Assembly (NCBI GenBank): GCA_047495785.1
Contig: JBLDXI010000042.1
Coordinates: forward strand, 2,728,001 to 2,792,000
DNA: 64,000 nucleotides
Source of the DNA: Lepidodermella squamata
Lineage: Eukaryota > Animalia > Gastrotricha
Direction: 5' to 3'
Shown here: in pieces, positions 58,935 through 64,000 of the stretch
Position numbering within the stretch: position 1 is the first letter of the stretch
Layout: every line of letters begins with the position of its first letter
Notes under the pieces: generated by a model
What the model saw: the letters and a program-made list of their open reading frames with translations, nothing else
Database searches by the model: none
Told to the model about the DNA's origin: nothing
Program-made: the position numbers and the translations under genes

Positions 58935-61900
58935 ATGACCTCCGTCAAGGTTGCTGTTCGTGTTCGGCCGTTCAACAACCGCGAACTCGCGTTGAACGCA
59001 AAATGCGTCATTTCTATGACCGGCCAGTCTACAAGTACATTTTACCATAAAATTTGGATGATTTTTTATAAATATTTTTTTACAGCGATAAAAAATCCTA
59101 AGGATGAGAAGCAAACAAAGGTCTTTACCTACGATCACTCCTATTGGTCCTTTACTGATGTGAGTATTATCGGAGATTTTTTTCAAATTTTTAAATGATT
59201 TTTCTTTGTTTAGACGAAAGATCCTCATTTTGCCAGTCAGCGCCAAGTTTACCGCGATATTGGCCAGGAATTTCTCGAGCATGGCTTTGATGGCTACAAC
59301 GTTTGCATCTTCGCTTATGGCCAAACCGGTGCGGGTAAAAGTTACACGATGATGGGCCGGTCGAGTGACCCGAAAGAGGCTGGAATAGTGCCTCAATTAT
59401 GCCGCGATCTCTTCCAGCGAATCAACGCAGCACAGGCATCAGACGCCGACCTTCGATTTTCCGTCGAAGTCAGTTACATGGAGATCTATTGCGAGCATGT
59501 TCGCGATTTGTTGAACCCGGCTAGTAAAGGCAATCTTCGAGTTCGCGAGCACCCGTTACTCGGGCCCTACGTCGAAGATCTAGCTAAGCTGGTCGTCACC
59601 TCATATGATGATATTCAAAATCTGATGGATGAAGGCAATAAAGCGAGAACGGTGGCTTCGACTAACATGAACGAAGCGAGTAGCCGGTCACATGCTGTTT
59701 TTACGATAATTCTAACGCAACACAAATACGACGCCGGGATGGGCATTTCAGGCGAGAAGGTGTCTAAAATCAGCCTGGTCGATCTGGCTGGCAGTGAACG
59801 GGCCGAGTCGACTGGGGCGAAGGGTGTCCGTTTAAAGGAGGGTGCCAATATCAACAAATCTCTCGTCACGCTTGGCAAGGTCATCTCGGCTCTGGCGGAA
59901 CTTGCTGTAAGTTCGATCATAGATTAAGGTGGATTTTACGCGTCATTTTTTTCGAACGAAAATAGGGTGCTGATCAGGTGGGTATTTTGTGCTTGTGGAA
60001 ACCTTGGATTTTGCATGAATCAAATAATTGCCCTATACAAAAATTAGAAAAAAATTATTGATGTTTTTTGCTCACCTTGTGTGGTTTTGTTGCATTTTTG
60101 CCCTCTTGATTAATTTTTGAATTTTTTTGAAATTTAAATTTTTTTTGCAGAGCAAGAAAAAAGGCGGTAGTGCTGGGAAGCCGAAGCAGGACTTCATCCC
60201 TTACCGAGATTCGGTGCTAACATGGCTGCTAAAGGAGAGCTTGGGCGGCAACTCGAAAACGGCAATGATTGCCGCAATCTCGCCAGCCGACGTCAACTTC
60301 GACGAAACGTTATCCACCTTAAGATACGCTGATCGGGCTAAACAAATTGTTTGCAAGGCCGTTGTTAACGAAGACGCGAATGCTCGCATGATTCGCGAAC
60401 TTCGCGATGAGGTCGAGCGATTGCGGCAATTGCTGCGTATCAAGGGTATTGACGTTGAAATGGAGTCGGTGCCTGGCCAGGGTTCGCCCGAACAGCCCAC
60501 TGCGCCGGGTATTAGCCCGCCGTCTGATACACCGGCGAAGCAGCTCGTCGACACTGCGACTGATAATTTAAGCAGTTTGAACCCAGATGTGAAGAAACCG
60601 TCGACTTCATCTCAGAAGCGAGTTTCAGTCACGCGTTTAGCTAGCGTGTCCGGGCCTGGAGGTTCAACGACGAAGGAAGAGCAGGATGCGATTGAGCGGT
60701 TGAAAGTTAACGAGAAGCTGATTAGCGAGCTCAATGAATCTTTCGAGGATAAGGTCCGCAGAACGGAGAGATTGAAAAAAGAGCGACTGGTCGCACTTCA
60801 AGAAATGGGCATCAATGTTGTCCGAATGGAAAGTGGTGTCACCCTTGGAATCTGCTCACCCGATGTAAGCACCTTACTTCAAATTTTAATTTCCAAAAAA
60901 ATAATCATTCATTTTTATTTTGAATTTTCTGAAATAAATAAATAAATTTAAAATTTTGAAATTTTGAAATTTTGAAATTTTGAAAATATTAAATTTCGAA
61001 AATGAAAAAATTTGAAATATCGACAATTTGGAAATTAAAAAATTTAAACTTCATATTTTTCCATTTTCAATTAATTTGAATTTTCTTGTGAATAATTTTT
61101 CAATTTATTTTACCTCTAAATTTAGACACCTCACCTGGTCAACCTCAACGAAGATCCAGTTATGTCCGAATGTCTGATTTACTACCTAAAAGAGGGTCTA
61201 ACCCACGTTGGCCGATCGAGCACGAATCAAATCCTGGATATCGTGCTCAATGTTGACAGCATCCTTCCGGAGCACTGCGAGTTTGAAAACATCGACGGCA
61301 AAGTCACGCTAACGCCTTGCCCAGGTGCTCAGTGCTACGTGAATGGCCAACTTGTCACCACCCCAACCGCGCTCATGTCCGGGAATCGCGTTATTCTCGG
61401 CAACAATCACGTTTTTCGCTTCCAAAATCCGAAAATGGCCAGGGAACAGGCGCAGCTGAGCGGCGCGAAGCCTGATAAAGAGCAAGCTATCGACTGGTCA
61501 TACGCCTATGCCGAGCTGTTGGAGAAACAGGGCATTGACATGCGGAAGGAGATGGAGGAGCGGCTGCAGGCCCTTGAAGACCAGTACCGGCGAGAGCGCG
61601 AGGATGCGGAGATTTTCTTCGAGAAGCAAAAACGTGATTACGAACGCAAAATTCTAAGTCTCCAACAGGAGGTTGAAATGAGCCGGTCTATGATGTCCTC
61701 CAGTATTTTATTCGAACAAAGTAGTGCTTTCGATGAAACTGAACAAGGTTCGTATTTTTTAAATTCTTGAAAAATTAAAATTAAATTGAATTTTAAAATT
61801 TTAAAATTAATATTAAAAGTTGAATTCAAATTTTTATTTTAAGGTGATAAAATCGATGTTGACGCGGATGAAGTTCGAATTCTTGGCGAAAGAGAGCTGC

Positions 61901-63790
61901 AACTTGCTTCCTGGGCTTTTCGAAAATGGCGCTATCACCAACATACCTCTCTACAGGTAAAAATGATGTTTGAAAATTTTTAGGCATGCTAAAAAATGCG
62001 TGAAATAATTTTTTTCGAAAAATCTTACAAGAATGAGAGCTTTATTAAACCACGATTTGTTCGAATGCTATAATATAATTACCTACTTGATTTGTATATG
62101 ACTCACCCGAAAAAAACTGCGTGTTTCACAGCCACTTTGAAATGCATTTTTCATTCATCAAATAAAGGACCATTTAGACACGAAATGGTTGGAAAAATCG
62201 ACCAAACTCAAGGTCAGTCAGTCGCCACCGAGCTTTTTTCGCTGTGTATAACCGCCAATCTTCGTCGTTTTTTTTATCATATCCAATATAAAATAATGAT
62301 AAAATAATACCGTTTTATTTGGTTTCGTCTTGACGTTTTACACACATATTATTGCCCTTTTACCTCTAATAATAGCAAAACTTTGACCCAATGTTGTTGA
62401 AATGAGTCGAAATTATAAACTGGTGTAAAATTAGCGGAACCCCAGACCGTGTCGTGTGTTATTTATTTGCACTTGAGTTTTACCTGTTGTGTTGCTTTAT
62501 CACAATAATTGTAAAAAAAATCCCCTACAATTTACTGTGGGAATATGATAACAATTCTGCTTGAAATTTAATTTGATTTTTACTGTGATTTTCCAGCGCG
62601 AAATGCATACGAATGTCGCTGCGTTGAAAGAAGCCAACGTCATTAGCGTTGAGCTGCAAAAGCTGGTCGAGTTTCAGTACACAATTCTGACTGATACGAC
62701 CTACTATCCGATTCCGCCTGACCTCATTCCAAACGCCTTGGAGGAAAAGCTGGTTTTAAATCAGGCAGCCAATCAAATTTTGTCTCCTGGTAAGCTTTTT
62801 CAAATAAAAAAATTTGGAACAATTTAGGAAGATTTGCACCACTAAAATTCAAGTTCAAGTGTTTTGAGAATTCGGGGATTTCGAAATAATTTAATGTTTT
62901 TTAAATTTTTTAAAATTTAATTTTTTTCCAATTTTATTATCAAATTGTAAGATTAAATTCTAACTGGTTCGTATTCAATAAAATTTCGAATTTTGAATTT
63001 TAGTGAGCACCTATGGTGGAAGCGGAGCTGGAAGTGGTCAAACTACTCCAATTGTGGCCTCTGTGACGAATCGACCCCCGGTCAGCGTAGTCGCCGTTGA
63101 AGTTAAGGACATGAAAAATCAATCCCGGCACTTCTGGCCGCTTCAAAAGCTGCGCGAGCGGTTGTCTCGCATGCGAGAACTGTACGAACGCGAGACAGAA
63201 ATAGGCATCGGCTTATCGATGGAACCTATCACAGGGTCAGACCCCTTTTACGACCGCTTCCACTGGTTCCAGCTCATAGGCCGCGGGCTGGTTTTTATCA
63301 GTAATCTACTGCTTCGAGTCAGCCTGATGCAACGAGTCACCCTAGTCGACCACCATGGCCAAGCTATTGGCACTGTAACGGTGGCTCTTCAACCTCTAGA
63401 TCCTTCCGAAGTTTCAAAAAATCCCTTTGTTCTCTCGTTCCAGCCTAAATCCGGTTCTAATAAGGTAAAAAAATCGATTGTGTTCGGTAATTCTAGAGAT
63501 TTCAAACTAATTTCTAGTCTGCTTCGAATTCACCGTCCAACTCGCCTATGACGACGGATGTTGTCGCGACGTTCCAGCCTCAGCAGGACCCGGCTTCGGC
63601 GGCTAAAAGTGCGCTTCCCGTCAAAAGCTACTTCCGCATCACTATTGTGACGCTGTGCGGTCTTTCGCCCGATTTCGCCGACGTGTTTTGCCAGTTCGGC
63701 TTCATGGGCCTTCCCGAAGCCACGTTCATGACCGATCCGCTGCGCAACGAGGAAAAAGGAGGATCGCTTGGATACTACCACAGCCAAGAC
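58935..63790 (+). CDS. unc-104: Kinesin-3 motor UNC-104/KIF1A, multi-exon, 3' end beyond the window
   Basis: [34 protein letters not shown] domain, [36 protein letters not shown]. Confidence 0.95.
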
Positions 63791-64000
63791 GTACATTTAT
63801 TTTTCGAATTTTCAGTTATTTTTTTAGTTGGTAGAAAAATCAAAGACAATTCTTGGAGATTTTCAAATAAGTTAAATTTTGTTGGTAAATTTTTTCTGAA
63901 AATTCGAAACGCACCATTTTTGGCTAATTTTTGAAATTTGAAATTTGAAATTTGAAATTTGAATATTTTTTGAAAAATCAAATTTTAAGGTGGATTTTTT

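Overview
Eukaryotic, compact-genome invertebrate DNA (short ~45-60 nt GT-AG introns, no visible CpG depletion; metazoan because it carries a nuclear receptor, a Hes bHLH and a Cdx-like homeobox gene; probably spiralian, by inference). Left part: a cluster of six atypical Cys-loop ligand-gated ion channel genes (one with an in-frame stop, plus a 3' relic) lacking the acetylcholine-binding signatures and nearly lacking the M3-M4 loop. The cluster is interleaved with a single-DBD nuclear receptor carrying a CEACKK P-box and with a decayed Ty3/Gypsy element that holds a nested TTAA-bounded insert with a CRISPR-like palindromic repeat array. Middle: glycogenin (with a predicted 18-nt microexon), an orphan OST48 exon, a PTPA pseudogene, Hes, two paralogous 10-Cys secreted peptide genes, a divergent Cdx-like gene and a chitin-binding/LamG/serine-protease fusion gene. 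Right part: a tandem array of eight intron-containing WrbA/FQR1-type NAD(P)H:quinone oxidoreductase genes with relics and MITEs, then the 5' part of kinesin-3 unc-104/KIF1A. Best candidates for a new system: the putative chemosensory Cys-loop channel cluster and the expanded animal WrbA array. All gene models were read by eye; no database search was run.
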